Assembly (NCBI GenBank): GCA_963704725.1
Contig: OY969934.1
Coordinates: 2,688,001-2,752,000, forward strand
Source: an uncultured Actinomycetes bacterium
GTDB taxonomy: Bacteria; Actinomycetota; UBA4738; HRBIN12
DNA length: 64,000 bases
Direction of reading: 5' to 3'
Below, piece after piece: positions 32,011 through 42,737 of this stretch (position 1 is the first letter of the stretch; every line of letters begins with the position of its first letter). Under the pieces are notes generated by a model that had not been told where the DNA came from, ran no database searches, and saw only the letters and a list, made by a program, of their open reading frames with translations. The position numbers and the translations under genes were made by a program.

Positions 32011-32445
32011 GTGCGTGCCCCGAACCGCGCGATGGCGACGCTCGTCGTCCTCGCGCTGCTGTCCGCTCCCACCTCGGCCCTCGCGCAGACCGGGTCCGGC
32101 CCGTGCGATCTGCACCAGGGCGAGGACGAGTCGGTGCGCTCGTTCTCCAAGCGCCTGATCCGGTGTGCGGCCGACCGTTGGGAGGTCCCGGGCGGCTGGG
32201 AGAAGGCCGTGTGCATCGCGGACGCCGAGAGCGGGCTCGACCCCGAGGCGACCTCCGAGCATCGCCGGTACCTCGGGCTGTTCCAGCACAGCGCCGACGC
32301 ATGGCCGGAGCGCTACCGGATCTGGACGCGCCAGGCGTGGGGACTCGACGAGAGCGCCCTATCCGGCCGGACGAACGCCGTCGTGACGATGCGGATGGTC
32401 AACACGAACGGCTGGGGCCCGTGGCAGGGCGCCGGGGACTGCTGA
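32011..32445 (+). CDS. Secreted lytic-transglycosylase/Rpf-like protein
   Basis: Signal peptide; [20 protein letters not shown]. Confidence 0.72.
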   Translation: MRAPNRAMATLVVLALLSAPTSALAQTGSGPCDLHQGEDESVRSFSKRLIRCAADRWEVPGGWEKAVCIADAESGLDPEATSEHRRYLGLFQHSADAWPERYRIWTRQAWGLDESALSGRTNAVVTMRMVNTNGWGPWQGAGDC

Positions 32446-32470
32446 GCCTCGGCGCTACACTCCGGGGTCT

Positions 32471-34057
32471 ATGGCGACGACCGAGGAACGTCCGCCCGCG
32501 CCAATCCAGACCGTCGAGGAGCGGATCGAGCAGCTCCGCAAGCGCCGGGCCGCGCTCCTGGACACCGCCCGCAAGGACGCCGTTCGCAAGCAGCACGAGA
32601 AGGGCAAGCTCACCGCCCGGGAGCGCATCGACCTGCTGCTCGATCGCGACTCGTTCCAGGAGACGGACCCGTTCGCCGTCCATCGCGTGCACGATTTCGG
32701 GATGGACCGCAACCGCCCGCCGGGGGACGGCGTCGTCACCGGCTACGGCACGATCGACGGGCGCCGGATCTTCGTCGCCAGCCAGGACTTCACGGTGTTC
32801 GGGGGATCGCTCGGCGAGGTGCACGCCGAGAAGATCTGCAAGGTGATGGATCTCGCGATGTCGACCGGGGCGCCGTTCATCGCGATCAACGACTCGGGCG
32901 GGGCGCGCATCCAGGAGGGCGCGGCCAGCCTCGCCGGCTACGCCTACGTGTTCGAGCGCAACGTCCGCGCGTCGGGCGTGATCCCGCAGATCAGCGTCAT
33001 CATGGGGCCCTGCGCGGGCGGCGCCGTGTACTCCCCCGCCATCACCGACTTCACGTTCATGGTCCGCGAAACCTCGCACATGTTCATCACGGGGCCGGAC
33101 GTCATCAAGGCCGTGACCGGCGAGGAGGTCACGTTCGAGGAGCTGGGGGGCGCGATGACGCACGCCACCCGGTCCGGGGTGGCGTCGTTCGTCGCGCAGG
33201 ACGAGGAGGAGTGCCTGGCGATGGTGCGTCACCTCCTGTCCTACCTGCCGCCGAACAACATCGAGGACCCGCCCTCCTACGCGGCGGTGGACGACCCCGA
33301 GCGGCTCGACGAGGGACTGACGCACCTGGTCCCAGACTCGGCGAGGGAGCCGTACGACATGCACGAGGTCGTGCGGCGGATCGTCGACGACGGCGACTTC
33401 TTCGAGGTCTTCCCGTACTGGGCCATGAACGTCGTCATCGGCTTCGCGCGGCTCGACGGGCGCAGCGTGGGCGTCGTCGCCAACCAGCCGAAGGTCAACG
33501 CGGGCACGCTCGACATCGACTCCAGCGAGAAGGCGTCGCGCTTCGTCCGGTTCTGCGACGCGTTCAACATCCCCATCGTGACCTTCGTCGACGTGCCGGG
33601 ATTCCTGCCGGGGACGCAACAGGAGTACGGCGGGATCATCCGCCACGGCGCCAAGCTCCTGTTCGCGTTCGCCGAGGCCACGGTGCCCCGGCTCACGGTG
33701 ATCACACGCAAGGCCTACGGCGGGGCGTACCTCGTCATGAACTCCAAGCACCTGCGGGCCGACGTCTCCTTCGCATGGCCGACGGCCGAGATCGCGGTGA
33801 TGGGCCCGGAGGGAGCCGTCAACATCGTCTTCCGCAAGCAGATCGAGAAGGCCGACGATCCGTCCGGCGCCCGCGCCGACCTGATCCGTCAGTATCAGGA
33901 GAAGTTCGCCACGCCCTACATCGCCGCCGAGCGCGGCTACGTCGACGACGTGATCGAGCCCGCCGAGACCCGACCGCGGTTGATCAAGGCGCTGCGGATG
34001 CTCGCCACCAAGCGCGAGGCGGTGCCGGCCCGCAAGCACGGGAACATCCCGCTGTGA
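32471..34057 (+). CDS. pccB: Acyl-CoA (propionyl-CoA) carboxylase beta subunit
   Basis: [47 protein letters not shown]. Confidence 0.95.
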   Translation: MATTEERPPAPIQTVEERIEQLRKRRAALLDTARKDAVRKQHEKGKLTARERIDLLLDRDSFQETDPFAVHRVHDFGMDRNRPPGDGVVTGYGTIDGRRIFVASQDFTVFGGSLGEVHAEKICKVMDLAMSTGAPFIAINDSGGARIQEGAASLAGYAYVFERNVRASGVIPQISVIMGPCAGGAVYSPAITDFTFMVRETSHMFITGPDVIKAVTGEEVTFEELGGAMTHATRSGVASFVAQDEEECLAMVRHLLSYLPPNNIEDPPSYAAVDDPERLDEGLTHLVPDSAREPYDMHEVVRRIVDDGDFFEVFPYWAMNVVIGFARLDGRSVGVVANQPKVNAGTLDIDSSEKASRFVRFCDAFNIPIVTFVDVPGFLPGTQQEYGGIIRHGAKLLFAFAEATVPRLTVITRKAYGGAYLVMNSKHLRADVSFAWPTAEIAVMGPEGAVNIVFRKQIEKADDPSGARADLIRQYQEKFATPYIAAERGYVDDVIEPAETRPRLIKALRMLATKREAVPARKHGNIPL

Positions 34058-34314
34058 CGGACGACCATCGCTTCGAGCTCCCCGGCGACCTCGCGCCCGA
34101 ACAGGAACGGGCGGTCATCCGGGCCCTCGAGCGCTACTTCGCGCGCGAGAGCCCGCATCCGAACCCGTGGGTCCTGATCGGCCGCGTGGACGCGACCGGC
34201 CTCGGGGCGCTGCAGGCCAGGCGCTACACCGAGGCCCCGTGGGCCGTCGGACGCTTCGCCTCGTTCGCCCGCCCCGGCGTTCCGCCCGTCCGCGGCCGAG
34301 GCGACGCCGGGTAG
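34054..34314 (+). CDS. Probable acyl-CoA carboxylase epsilon subunit
   Basis: Short ORF with GTGA overlap after pccB; [11 protein letters not shown]...NPWVLIGR pattern. Confidence 0.55.
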   Translation: MTDDHRFELPGDLAPEQERAVIRALERYFARESPHPNPWVLIGRVDATGLGALQARRYTEAPWAVGRFASFARPGVPPVRGRGDAG

Positions 34315-34442
34315 CGGCTCCTCGCCGCGTTGGTGAGTTTCCCGAACGCCCCGATCGGGGAAACGCCCGTCTTCCATGTCTGTGGTCCCGTACATAGCCT
34401 GCGAGACACCCATCGTCCGATAGCAAGTCGGGAGGACAGGGG

Positions 34443-34958
34443 ATGGGTCTCGTTCGCATCGGGCACGGCCGCCGGATCACCCTCGCCGCCTTGACCGTGG
34501 GCACCTTCGTGCTCATCGGCCTCCTCCCCGCGCACCTGGACGCCGAAGCGTCCGAGCGCCCCGCCCCGACCCCTGCCGCGATCGTGCCGTTGCCGGAGCT
34601 CGGTAACGACCTGCTCGCGCTGACCAACGCGGATCGAGCGACCGGCGGTCACGAAGCGCTCGCTCTGGCCGAGCGGCTGTCGCGATACGCCCTTCGGCAC
34701 AGCCGGCGGATGGCCGAGCTCGGCTCGATCTTCCACTCGGGCGAGCGGCAGCTCCGCGACGCGCTCGAGGGAACCGGCTGGGAGACGGCCGGCGAGAACG
34801 TCGGCGTCGGAGCGAGCGTTCCGAGCATCGAGCGCGCCTTCATGGCCAGCCCGCCCCATCGGGCCAACGTCCTCGGGCCCGCGTACGATCACGCGGCCGT
34901 GGGGGTCGTGCGGGCCGACGGGGTCCTCTGGGTCACGGTCGTCTTCTACGGCGACTGA
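34443..34958 (+). CDS. CAP/SCP domain secreted protein
   Basis: LTNADR, HSRRMA, FH, GENVG, FMASPPHRANVL. Confidence 0.9.
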   Translation: MGLVRIGHGRRITLAALTVGTFVLIGLLPAHLDAEASERPAPTPAAIVPLPELGNDLLALTNADRATGGHEALALAERLSRYALRHSRRMAELGSIFHSGERQLRDALEGTGWETAGENVGVGASVPSIERAFMASPPHRANVLGPAYDHAAVGVVRADGVLWVTVVFYGD

Positions 34959-35006
34959 GCCCGCCGCGTGTCGGGCGGCGCCTCGATGCGCCACCATAGG
35001 CTCGAC

Positions 35007-35303
35007 ATGGGTGCCACCAGGCTGACCGGCGCCGCGCCCGACCGGGGGTCGGCGCTTCGCGCCCTCCGCGATGAGGACTGTTCCGCGCCGCGTTCGTGGG
35101 CCAACGGTCCGCGAGACACGTACGGGTGGCACGGACACGACTACCACAAGGTGCTGTTCTGCCTCGACGGTTCGATCACGTTCCACCTGCGAGAGGGCGA
35201 CGTCGCGCTCGAGGCCGGAGACCGGCTCGACCTCGAACCCGGCACCGAGCACGCCGCGACGGTCGGACCCGAAGGCTGCTCCTGTCTGGAGGCGTCGCGA
35301 TGA
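35007..35303 (+). CDS. Cupin domain protein
   Basis: WHGHDYHK...GDRLDLEPGTEHAA. Confidence 0.82.
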   Translation: MGATRLTGAAPDRGSALRALRDEDCSAPRSWANGPRDTYGWHGHDYHKVLFCLDGSITFHLREGDVALEAGDRLDLEPGTEHAATVGPEGCSCLEASR

Positions 35304-36424
35304 GGGTGGCCATCCAGGTGGACCAGCTCTTCTTCCAGGCCCCGGGCGGGATCGGGACCTACATCCGTAACCTCGTGCCGGCGATGGCCGCCCGGGACCC
35401 CGCACTGCGGATCTCGCTCTTCCACGCGCGGTTCGCCTCGCCCGAGGCGCCGGAGCGCTGGATGCGGGAGCACTGGGTGGAGGAGCTCCCCGCGACGATC
35501 CGGTCTCTCTACCCTCGATGGGACCTCCTCGCTCGGCCGGCGCTGCCGGCGACCCTGCGCGCGACCGAGATCCTCCACGCCACGAACCACGCTGCCGTCC
35601 CCCCCGCCGGCGACGGCCAGCGGCTCGTCGTCACCGTGCACGACCTCGCGTTCGAGCACTTCCCCGGGATGTTCCCTCGGGCGTGGCGAGCGCTCTACCG
35701 AGCCGGCCTGCGCGCCGCGGTGAAGCGCGCCGACGCCATCGTCACGCCGTCGCGCAGCACGGCGGAGGACGTGCTGTCCCGCACGAACGTCGACCCGGCC
35801 AAGCTCCACGTCGTGCCGCTCGCGTCGTCGGCGCCCGAGGGGACGCTCGACGCCGACGAGGTGCTCGCCCGGTTGAAGGTTCGGACTCCGTACATCCTGT
35901 TCGTGGGGACGCTCGAGCCGCGGAAGAACCTCGTGCGCCTGGTCCGGGCGTACCGACGCGTGGCGGCCGACGGGTTCCCCCACGCGCTGGTGCTGGCCGG
36001 CCCGCTGGGGTGGCACCACGAGTCGCTGATGCGCGAGCTGACCCTGCGGGGCCCCGGCGAGATCGTCATGACGGGCCCGCTGTCGGGACGGGAGCGCGAC
36101 GCCGTCTACCGCGCCGCCCAGGTCTTCGTCTACCCCTCGCTGTACGAGGGCTTCGGCCTCCCGGTCCTGGAGGCGATGGCCCGCGGCGTGCCCACCGTCG
36201 CCTCGACCACGTCGTCGCTGCCCGAGGTCGCCGGCGACGCCGCCGTCGGCGTGCATCCGCGCTCGGTCCGGGAGATCGCTCGGGGGATCGAGTCCGTCCT
36301 GTCCGACGTCGGCCTGGCCGAGCGGCTCGCCGCGCGGGGCCGCGCCCAGGCCGAGCGCTTCAGCTGGGACGAGACGGCGCGCCTGACGCTCGACGTCTAC
36401 GAGCACGTGCTGGGCGGCAAGTGA
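35300..36424 (+). CDS. Glycosyltransferase family 4
   Basis: VTVHDL, GTLEPRKN, YPSLYEGFGLPVLEAMA. Confidence 0.93.
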   Translation: MRVAIQVDQLFFQAPGGIGTYIRNLVPAMAARDPALRISLFHARFASPEAPERWMREHWVEELPATIRSLYPRWDLLARPALPATLRATEILHATNHAAVPPAGDGQRLVVTVHDLAFEHFPGMFPRAWRALYRAGLRAAVKRADAIVTPSRSTAEDVLSRTNVDPAKLHVVPLASSAPEGTLDADEVLARLKVRTPYILFVGTLEPRKNLVRLVRAYRRVAADGFPHALVLAGPLGWHHESLMRELTLRGPGEIVMTGPLSGRERDAVYRAAQVFVYPSLYEGFGLPVLEAMARGVPTVASTTSSLPEVAGDAAVGVHPRSVREIARGIESVLSDVGLAERLAARGRAQAERFSWDETARLTLDVYEHVLGGK

Positions 36425-37359
36425 AGGTCTCTCTCGTCACCACGGTGAAGGACGCGGCCCACGCGATCGAACCGTTCCTGGCGTCCCTGGCCGGACAGAC
36501 CCGCGCGCCGGACGAGGCGATCGTCGTCGATGGTGGCTCCACGGACGGGACGCTCGAACGGCTGCGCACGGCCGGCGGCATCACGCTGATCGAGGAGCCC
36601 GGCGCGAACATCGCCCGCGGACGGAACCTGGCCATCGCCGCCGCCGCCCACGACGTCGTCGCCGTGACCGACGCGGACTGCGTCCTGGAGCCCGAGTGGC
36701 TCGAGCGCCTGCTCGCGCCGATCGGGGCCGGCGCCGACGTCGCGATGGGGTTCTCGCGTCCGATCGCCGACGGGTTCGTTCCGGCGTGCATGGCCGCCAT
36801 CAACCTGCCCGACGCCGACGAGATCGACGAGTCGACGTTCATGCCGTCGTCCCGGTCGGTGGCGTTCCGGCGCAAGGCGATCGAGGAGGCCGGGGGCTAC
36901 CCCGAATGGCTCGACATCGGCGAGGACATGTACGTCGACCACCGGTGGCGCGAGCTCGGCCTGGACATGCGGTTCGTGCCCGGTGCCGTCGTCCACTGGC
37001 GACTGCGCACGTCGCTGCGCGACACCTGGGCGCAGTACTTCCGGTACGCGCGCGGGGACGCGATCGCCGGGATGCATCCCGAGCGACACGCGCTCCGGTT
37101 CGGCGTGTACGGCGCCGCGCTGTACGCCGCCGGCTCGAAGGGGACGCTCCGCAAGCTGGGTGCGGCGGCGGGCGCCGCGGCGTACGCGGCACGACCGATC
37201 CGGCGGGCGATGGCGCGTTTCGAGGACGCGGGCGACCGCGCCCGCGCCGCGATGGCCGTTCCCGCGCTCATGATGCTCGTCGACGCGGCGAAGATGGCGG
37301 GCTACGTCGATGGTCTCCGATCCCGCCCGAGGGCCGGAAACCCGGGTCCACAGGGGTAG
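36421..37359 (+). CDS. Glycosyltransferase family 2
   Basis: VVDGGSTDGT, ARGRN, TDAD, GED. Confidence 0.92.
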   Translation: MKVSLVTTVKDAAHAIEPFLASLAGQTRAPDEAIVVDGGSTDGTLERLRTAGGITLIEEPGANIARGRNLAIAAAAHDVVAVTDADCVLEPEWLERLLAPIGAGADVAMGFSRPIADGFVPACMAAINLPDADEIDESTFMPSSRSVAFRRKAIEEAGGYPEWLDIGEDMYVDHRWRELGLDMRFVPGAVVHWRLRTSLRDTWAQYFRYARGDAIAGMHPERHALRFGVYGAALYAAGSKGTLRKLGAAAGAAAYAARPIRRAMARFEDAGDRARAAMAVPALMMLVDAAKMAGYVDGLRSRPRAGNPGPQG

Positions 37360-37408
37360 ACTCGGCCTCTGCGGCGACGGGCCGCCGCGGACGACGGAGG
37401 GAGGCTCC

Positions 37409-37930
37409 ATGCATCGACGCGTGCTCGGACTGCTCCTGCTCTCCTCGCTCCTGCTCGCCGCGTGCGGCGGCGGTGGCGACGACGGCGGATCGACGGACGC
37501 CGGTGGCGACGGCGGTGGCGGATCGACGGGCGCCGTCGCGGATAGCGGTGGCGGGGACGGCGCCGCGGGGGTGATCGACTCGGCCCAATGCGCCGAGGTG
37601 GCGGCGGCGATGGCGGCGGCCGCCAGCGCGGTCCCCGCGGCCTTCTCCGGGAGCACGGCCGATCTCGACCAGTCCATGGAGCAGCTCCGGGCGTTCGCCG
37701 AGGCGGCTCCCGACGAGATCAGCGACGACATGCAGGTCATCGTGGAGGGCTACGCCAAGATCGCCGAGGCCATGCAGTCGGCGGGCTTCGACCCGACGAG
37801 CGGGGAGCCGCCGCCGCCCGAGGTCATCGCCCAGCTCGCGCAGGTGAGCCAGGAGCTCGACTCGGCGGAGTTCCAGGCCGCGGTCGACAACGTGAATGCC
37901 TACTTCGAGAGCTGCGGCGCCGGCGGGTAG
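37409..37930 (+). CDS. Hypothetical lipoprotein
   Basis: Lipobox LAAC, Gly/Asp linker, helical domain between 2 Cys; SD GGAGG. Confidence 0.75.
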   Translation: MHRRVLGLLLLSSLLLAACGGGGDDGGSTDAGGDGGGGSTGAVADSGGGDGAAGVIDSAQCAEVAAAMAAAASAVPAAFSGSTADLDQSMEQLRAFAEAAPDEISDDMQVIVEGYAKIAEAMQSAGFDPTSGEPPPPEVIAQLAQVSQELDSAEFQAAVDNVNAYFESCGAGG

Positions 37931-37933
37931 CCC

Positions 37934-38797
37934 TCAGGCGTCGTACTCGTAGAAGCCACGGCCGGTCTTGCGGCCGAGCTGGCCCGCGGTGACCATCCGC
38001 TTGAGGAGCGGCGGCGCGGCGAAGCGTGGCTCCTTGAACTCGTCGTACAGGACGTTCGCGATCTGCAGGCACGTGTCGAGCCCGATGAGGTCGGCCAGGC
38101 GGAGCGGCCCCAAGGGGTGGTTCAGGCCGAGGTGGATCGCCGTGTCGACGTCCTCGCGCGTCGCGAACCCGTCCTCCAGCATGCGGACGGCGTCGTTCAG
38201 GTAGGGGATGAGGAGGGTGTTCACGATGAACCCGGCCCGGTCCCGCGACAGCACCGTGGTCTTGCCGAGCGTCACGCAGTAGGCCCGGCCGAACTCCACG
38301 GTCTCGTCCGACGTCGTGATGGCCCTCACGATCTCGACGAGGCCCATCACCGGGACCGGGTTGAAGAAGTGCAGCCCGATCACGAGCTCCGGGCGCGTGG
38401 TCGCCGCGCCGAGGTCGGCGATCGGGATCGACGAGGTGTTCGATGACAGGATCACCTCGGATCGGGTGACCTCGTCGAGCCGGCGGAAGATCTCGAGCTT
38501 CGTGCCGGGATCCTCCGTGGCGGCCTCGATGACCAGGTCGACGTCGGCGAGCGCCTCGACGTCGGTCGTCCCGGTGATCCGGCCCAGGGCCTCGTCGCGA
38601 TCGGGCGACGCCAGCCGATCCCGTTCGACCGCGCGCAGCGTCGAGACCTCGATGCGTGATCGCCCCGACTCGACCAGCTCGTCGCTCGACTCCAGGTAGA
38701 TCACCTGCTGACCCGCTCGGGCGGCGACCTCCACGATGCCGGAGCCCATCAGCCCGCAGCCGACGACCCCGAGCGTGCGGACGTCCTCTCCCTTCAC
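37934..38797 (-). CDS. 3-hydroxybutyryl-CoA dehydrogenase
   Basis: GCGLMGSG, SNTSS, GLHFFNP, GQLGRKTGRGFY. Confidence 0.95.
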   Translation of the reverse strand: MKGEDVRTLGVVGCGLMGSGIVEVAARAGQQVIYLESSDELVESGRSRIEVSTLRAVERDRLASPDRDEALGRITGTTDVEALADVDLVIEAATEDPGTKLEIFRRLDEVTRSEVILSSNTSSIPIADLGAATTRPELVIGLHFFNPVPVMGLVEIVRAITTSDETVEFGRAYCVTLGKTTVLSRDRAGFIVNTLLIPYLNDAVRMLEDGFATREDVDTAIHLGLNHPLGPLRLADLIGLDTCLQIANVLYDEFKEPRFAAPPLLKRMVTAGQLGRKTGRGFYEYDA

Positions 38798-38836
38798 GGG
38801 GCCCCCTCGGGTCGAACCGGCGTCAGGGGGCAAGCG

Positions 38837-38842
38837 TACAAT
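38837..38842 (+). promoter_or_regulatory. -10 element for the RAPP-ORF/copper operon
   Basis: TACAAT in the divergent intergenic region, 22 nt before GTG 38865. Confidence 0.6.
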
Positions 38843-38864
38843 CACCGGAACCTTGGCCACGCCC

Positions 38865-39449
38865 GTGCCTGCGACGCCGCGCCTTCGAGGCCTCCCGGTG
38901 CTCGGTTTCGCCGTGGCCGGGGTCCTCCTCGGGCACACGCTCACGTATCTCCTGGCGATCCCGGACCCGCTCCACCGCGATCTCGTCCTGCGGACGACCG
39001 GACACGCGTACCTGCCCGCGGCGGGCGAGGCGGCGCTCGTGCTCCTGCTCGCCGGCGTCGCGGCGGTCGTCGTCCGGGCGTGGTCTCGTGGGCGGCGCGA
39101 GGGACGGGACTCGTTCGGGGGCCTGGCCGGGCTGCTGACGGCGGTCCAGGTCTCCGGGTTCCTGGGCCAAGAGGTCCTGGAGCGACTCGTCACGCGGTCG
39201 CCCCTCGGCGAGCTGGTGCACGATCACGTCCTTGCCATCGGTGTCCTGCTCCAGATCCCCCTGGCCCTGGCGGCCGCCGCGATGCTGCGTTGGCTGGCCC
39301 GCGCCTCCGCGGCCGTGGCGGAGACGACCGGCGGTCGCACCGCCACCCCCCGGCCGGCGCTGGTCCTGGCGGCCACCGCCCCGGCCGACGTCCCCCACGG
39401 CCGCGTCGCGGCCACGGCCCGGCGCGACCGGGCTCCTCCCTCCGCCTGA
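38865..39449 (+). CDS. His-containing 4-TM protein with C-terminal RAPP motif (candidate arrest-peptide leader)
   Basis: GHTLTY, LHRD, GHAYL, QEVLER, HDH; ends RRDRAPPSA-stop; first gene of copper-type operon. Confidence 0.75.
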   Translation: MPATPRLRGLPVLGFAVAGVLLGHTLTYLLAIPDPLHRDLVLRTTGHAYLPAAGEAALVLLLAGVAAVVVRAWSRGRREGRDSFGGLAGLLTAVQVSGFLGQEVLERLVTRSPLGELVHDHVLAIGVLLQIPLALAAAAMLRWLARASAAVAETTGGRTATPRPALVLAATAPADVPHGRVAATARRDRAPPSA

Positions 39450-39510
39450 CGCCTCCCCCAACCTGCGCGCGACGGACGTCGCGCTCGGAGACGCCTCAAG
39501 GAGGACGAGC
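39432..39510 (+). promoter_or_regulatory. Putative SD-sequestering structure
   Basis: GCTCCTCCCTCC (39432-43) complementary to GGAGGACGAGC (39500-10); inner hairpin GCGCGAC/GTCGCGC 39467-84. Confidence 0.55.
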
Positions 39511-40197
39511 ATGATCGATCGCATCACCAGACTGATGGCTGCTGCCGCGCTCACGGTGGGGTTCGTGGGCCTGCTGGCCTCACCGGCGACTGCGCACGAG
39601 GAACGCGCGGTCGGCGACTTCGACCTCACCGTGGGGTTCGGCACGGAGCCGGCATACGTGGGCGAGCCGAACAGCGCCATCCTGCTGCTGTCGCGTGGCG
39701 GTCGGCCGGTCGTAGACCTGGGCGACACCCTGAGCGTCGACGTGTCGTTCGGCGACGCGGCCCCGTTCCCCTTGTCCGTCGAGCCCTTCTTCGAGGAGGG
39801 CGAGTTCGGAACGCCCGGCGACTATCGAGCCTGGTTCATCCCGACGAGCGCCGGACAGTACACGTTCCACTTCACGGGGACGATCGACGGCCAGGACGTC
39901 GACGAGACCTTCGTCTCCGGCCCCCAGACGTTCAACGACGTCGAGACCCCGACCGACGCCGAGTACCCCGATCAGCCGCCTTCGACGAGCGAGCTGGCCG
40001 ACCGGATCGACCGCGAGGTGCCGAGGCTCAACGATGCGATCGGCGGAGTGAAGAGCTCGGCCCTGGCCGCGGCGCAGAGCGCCTCCGACGATGCATCGGG
40101 CGCGCGCACCGTCGGCGTGATCGGAGTGGCGGTGGGAGGGCTCGGCTTGATCGCCGCCGCGGCGGCCATCGGCATGTCGCGCAGGGCGAGGGCGTGA
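39511..40197 (+). CDS. Exported membrane-anchored protein with predicted mature N-terminal His (putative Cu-binding)
   Basis: Signal peptide ATA|H, beta-rich domain, C-terminal TM. Confidence 0.72.
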   Translation: MIDRITRLMAAAALTVGFVGLLASPATAHEERAVGDFDLTVGFGTEPAYVGEPNSAILLLSRGGRPVVDLGDTLSVDVSFGDAAPFPLSVEPFFEEGEFGTPGDYRAWFIPTSAGQYTFHFTGTIDGQDVDETFVSGPQTFNDVETPTDAEYPDQPPSTSELADRIDREVPRLNDAIGGVKSSALAAAQSASDDASGARTVGVIGVAVGGLGLIAAAAAIGMSRRARA

Positions 40198-40222
40198 GCC
40201 TCGTGTGTTCGAAGGGCTGAGG

Positions 40223-40771
40223 ATGCTCGCACACGCGGGAGGCGCGCCCGAGTTCGCCTCGTCGATGCTCGTCGCCGGCGGCGTGGTGGCCGGCTGGGTC
40301 GGCCTCAGCCGCCTGCGGGGTCGGGGCTTCCGGCGGCTGCCGCATGCGGCCGGCGTGACCCTTCTCGCGCTCGCGCCGGTGATCGTGGTGGCGTCCGTGG
40401 TGGTGCCCTCGCTCGTGTGGCCCATCCCGTCCGCGAGCGGACCGCGCCCGGCCTCGACCGCGTCGATCTCGTTCGTCGCGCCGAAGCCGGGGCAGAGCGT
40501 TACGGGCGACCTGCTCGATGTGCGGTTGGAGCTGGACGGCGGCAGGATCGTGGAGAGCTCCTCGACGACGGTCACCCCTGACACCGGGCACGTCCATGTC
40601 TTCCTCGATGGGCAGCTCCTGACGATGACCTACGGCCTCGAGCAGGAGGTGGGCGTGGCGGGGCTGACACCCGGCGTCCACCGGTTACGGGCCGAGTACG
40701 TCGCGGCCGACCACGCACCCTTCAACCCGGACGTGGTGGCGACGGTGACGTTCGTGAAGGCCGCGACGTGA
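40223..40771 (+). CDS. 2-TM protein with His-motif extracellular domain (DUF4399-like)
   Basis: GHVHVFLDG...[17 protein letters not shown]. Confidence 0.7.
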   Translation: MLAHAGGAPEFASSMLVAGGVVAGWVGLSRLRGRGFRRLPHAAGVTLLALAPVIVVASVVVPSLVWPIPSASGPRPASTASISFVAPKPGQSVTGDLLDVRLELDGGRIVESSSTTVTPDTGHVHVFLDGQLLTMTYGLEQEVGVAGLTPGVHRLRAEYVAADHAPFNPDVVATVTFVKAAT

Positions 40772-42726
40772 GGCGGGCCGTCGTCGTCTCGGTCGTGGCG
40801 CTCGCCCTGGTGGGCGCCTGGACCGCCTCCGCGGTCCGCGCCGGTGCGCACGCCGCCCTGAAGCGGAGCGAGCCGGCCAACGGCCAGCTGCTCGACCGTT
40901 CGCCCGCGGAGATCCGGCTCTCCTTCACCGAACCGCCCGACCTCTCGCTCACGACGATCGGAGTCGTGGACCGCACCGGAACGGCGGTACGGACCGGGCC
41001 GGTGGAGGTCGCCGGCGGCGACGACCAGACGATCCGGGTTGCGCTGCAAGACCTACCGGACGGCGTCTACACCGTGTCGTGGCGGACCGTCTCGGCGACC
41101 GACGGGCACCTCACCTCGGGGTCCTTCTCGTTCGGGGTGGGCGTCTCCGCGGCCGACGTGACGCCGGTCCGGCAGGAGGATCGAGCGCGAGCGACCTCGC
41201 CCACCGCCGCCGGGGTGGCCGGGCGATGGGCACTGTACGCGGGCCTGGCGGTCCTGTTCGGCGCGGCCGCGGGGGGGCTGTTCGCGTTCGGCCCGCTGAG
41301 CGTGCACCGACCGCGGCTCCTCGGTGGGGCGTGGACGCTCGCCGCGGCCGGCGTGGTCGTCACGACGCTGGACGAGCGCGCCACGGTCGGCGTGTCGCTC
41401 GGCACGCTGCTCCGATCGGATGCGGGGGCGTCGCTCGCCCGGCTCGCGGTCGCCGTGGCCCTCGTCGGCCTCGTCGCCCTGGCGGCGAGCCTGCGACCGG
41501 GGACCGCCACCCTCGTGCTCCTCGCCGGGACCACGGCCGCCGCCATGGCCGTCCGGGCGTTCGCCGGCCATGCCGGGCCGTCCGTGCTGGAAGGCACGCT
41601 TCAGGCGGCGCACTTTGCCGCCGTGGGGGCGTGGATCGGGGGGCTCGTCTGGCTGGTGCTCGCCGTGCGGCGAGGGGCGGAGCCGGAGCGGGTGCGACGG
41701 TACTCGACGATCGCCGCGACCGGCCTCGCCGTCATCGTGGTCACGGGGTACCTGCGAGCCACCAACGAGCTCGGGGGGTTCGGTTGGTGGCTGCGTGCGT
41801 TCGACAACAGCTACGGCGTGGCGCTGGTCGTCAAGCTCGCCATCGTCGCCGCGCTCGTCTCGCTCGGCGCGGTCAACCGGTACCGGAACGTGCGCCGCTA
41901 CGAGGCGCTCGGGGCTCGTCCTCTGCTCCGCACGGTGAGCGGCGAGCTCGTCCTGGCCGCCGGAGCGCTCGCCATGACCGGCCTGTTGACAGGGCTCGCC
42001 CCCCAGGGTGTGGTGGCATCGGCGGGCCCCCGTCCCCCCGCACCGCTCGTCGTCACGGGATCGGACTTCGCCACGACCACGAAGGTGCGCCTGCAGATCT
42101 CGCCCGGAACCGTCGGCCCGAACGCATTCGAGGCGAGGGTCACCGACTACGACACGGGCGAGCCGGTGGACGCCCGAAAGGTCACGCTGCAGTTCTCGCT
42201 CCCAGAGCGCCCCGAGGTCGACTCGACGCTCGAGCTCGAGCGCGGGACGAACGGGACGTGGCGGGCCGGGGGGACGTCGCTGTCGCTCGACGGCACCTGG
42301 GACGTCCGCGTCCTCGTGGAGGGCTCGGCCGGCTCGGTCGAGGTGCCCCTTCGCGTGACGCCGAAGTCCCCGCGGCAGGACATCGACGTGTCGCGGGCCG
42401 AGGGGCAGCCCGACATCTACACGATCCATCTGGAGGACGGCGTGACCGTGCAGGCGTACGTGGACCCCGGGACGCCCGGGCAGACGAACCAGGTGCATCT
42501 GACCGCCTTCGACGCGGGCGGCGCCGAGCTGCCCCTGCACCATGCCGTCCTGGACATCACCCCGGAGGACGGTCAACTCCTCGAGCCCGAGCTGATCCGG
42601 CTCTCGTCGGGACACTTCGTGGCCAACGTCGAGATCGCGTCAGGGACCTCGACGTTCGCGATCTCCATGCTGACCAGGGACGGTCGCGATCTCGCGGCGT
42701 CGTTCCAGGAGACCTTCGCAGGATGA
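40768..42726 (+). CDS. CopC-CopD fusion copper transport protein with C-terminal YtkA/FixH-like domains
   Basis: [20 protein letters not shown] (CopC); [25 protein letters not shown] (CopD). Confidence 0.9.
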   Translation: MRRAVVVSVVALALVGAWTASAVRAGAHAALKRSEPANGQLLDRSPAEIRLSFTEPPDLSLTTIGVVDRTGTAVRTGPVEVAGGDDQTIRVALQDLPDGVYTVSWRTVSATDGHLTSGSFSFGVGVSAADVTPVRQEDRARATSPTAAGVAGRWALYAGLAVLFGAAAGGLFAFGPLSVHRPRLLGGAWTLAAAGVVVTTLDERATVGVSLGTLLRSDAGASLARLAVAVALVGLVALAASLRPGTATLVLLAGTTAAAMAVRAFAGHAGPSVLEGTLQAAHFAAVGAWIGGLVWLVLAVRRGAEPERVRRYSTIAATGLAVIVVTGYLRATNELGGFGWWLRAFDNSYGVALVVKLAIVAALVSLGAVNRYRNVRRYEALGARPLLRTVSGELVLAAGALAMTGLLTGLAPQGVVASAGPRPPAPLVVTGSDFATTTKVRLQISPGTVGPNAFEARVTDYDTGEPVDARKVTLQFSLPERPEVDSTLELERGTNGTWRAGGTSLSLDGTWDVRVLVEGSAGSVEVPLRVTPKSPRQDIDVSRAEGQPDIYTIHLEDGVTVQAYVDPGTPGQTNQVHLTAFDAGGAELPLHHAVLDITPEDGQLLEPELIRLSSGHFVANVEIASGTSTFAISMLTRDGRDLAASFQETFAG

Positions 42727-42737
42727 AAGGAGCGATC

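Noticed and set aside
34315-34442. Riboswitch or ncRNA upstream of the CAP gene
   Set aside because: One imperfect hairpin only; no family consensus recognised
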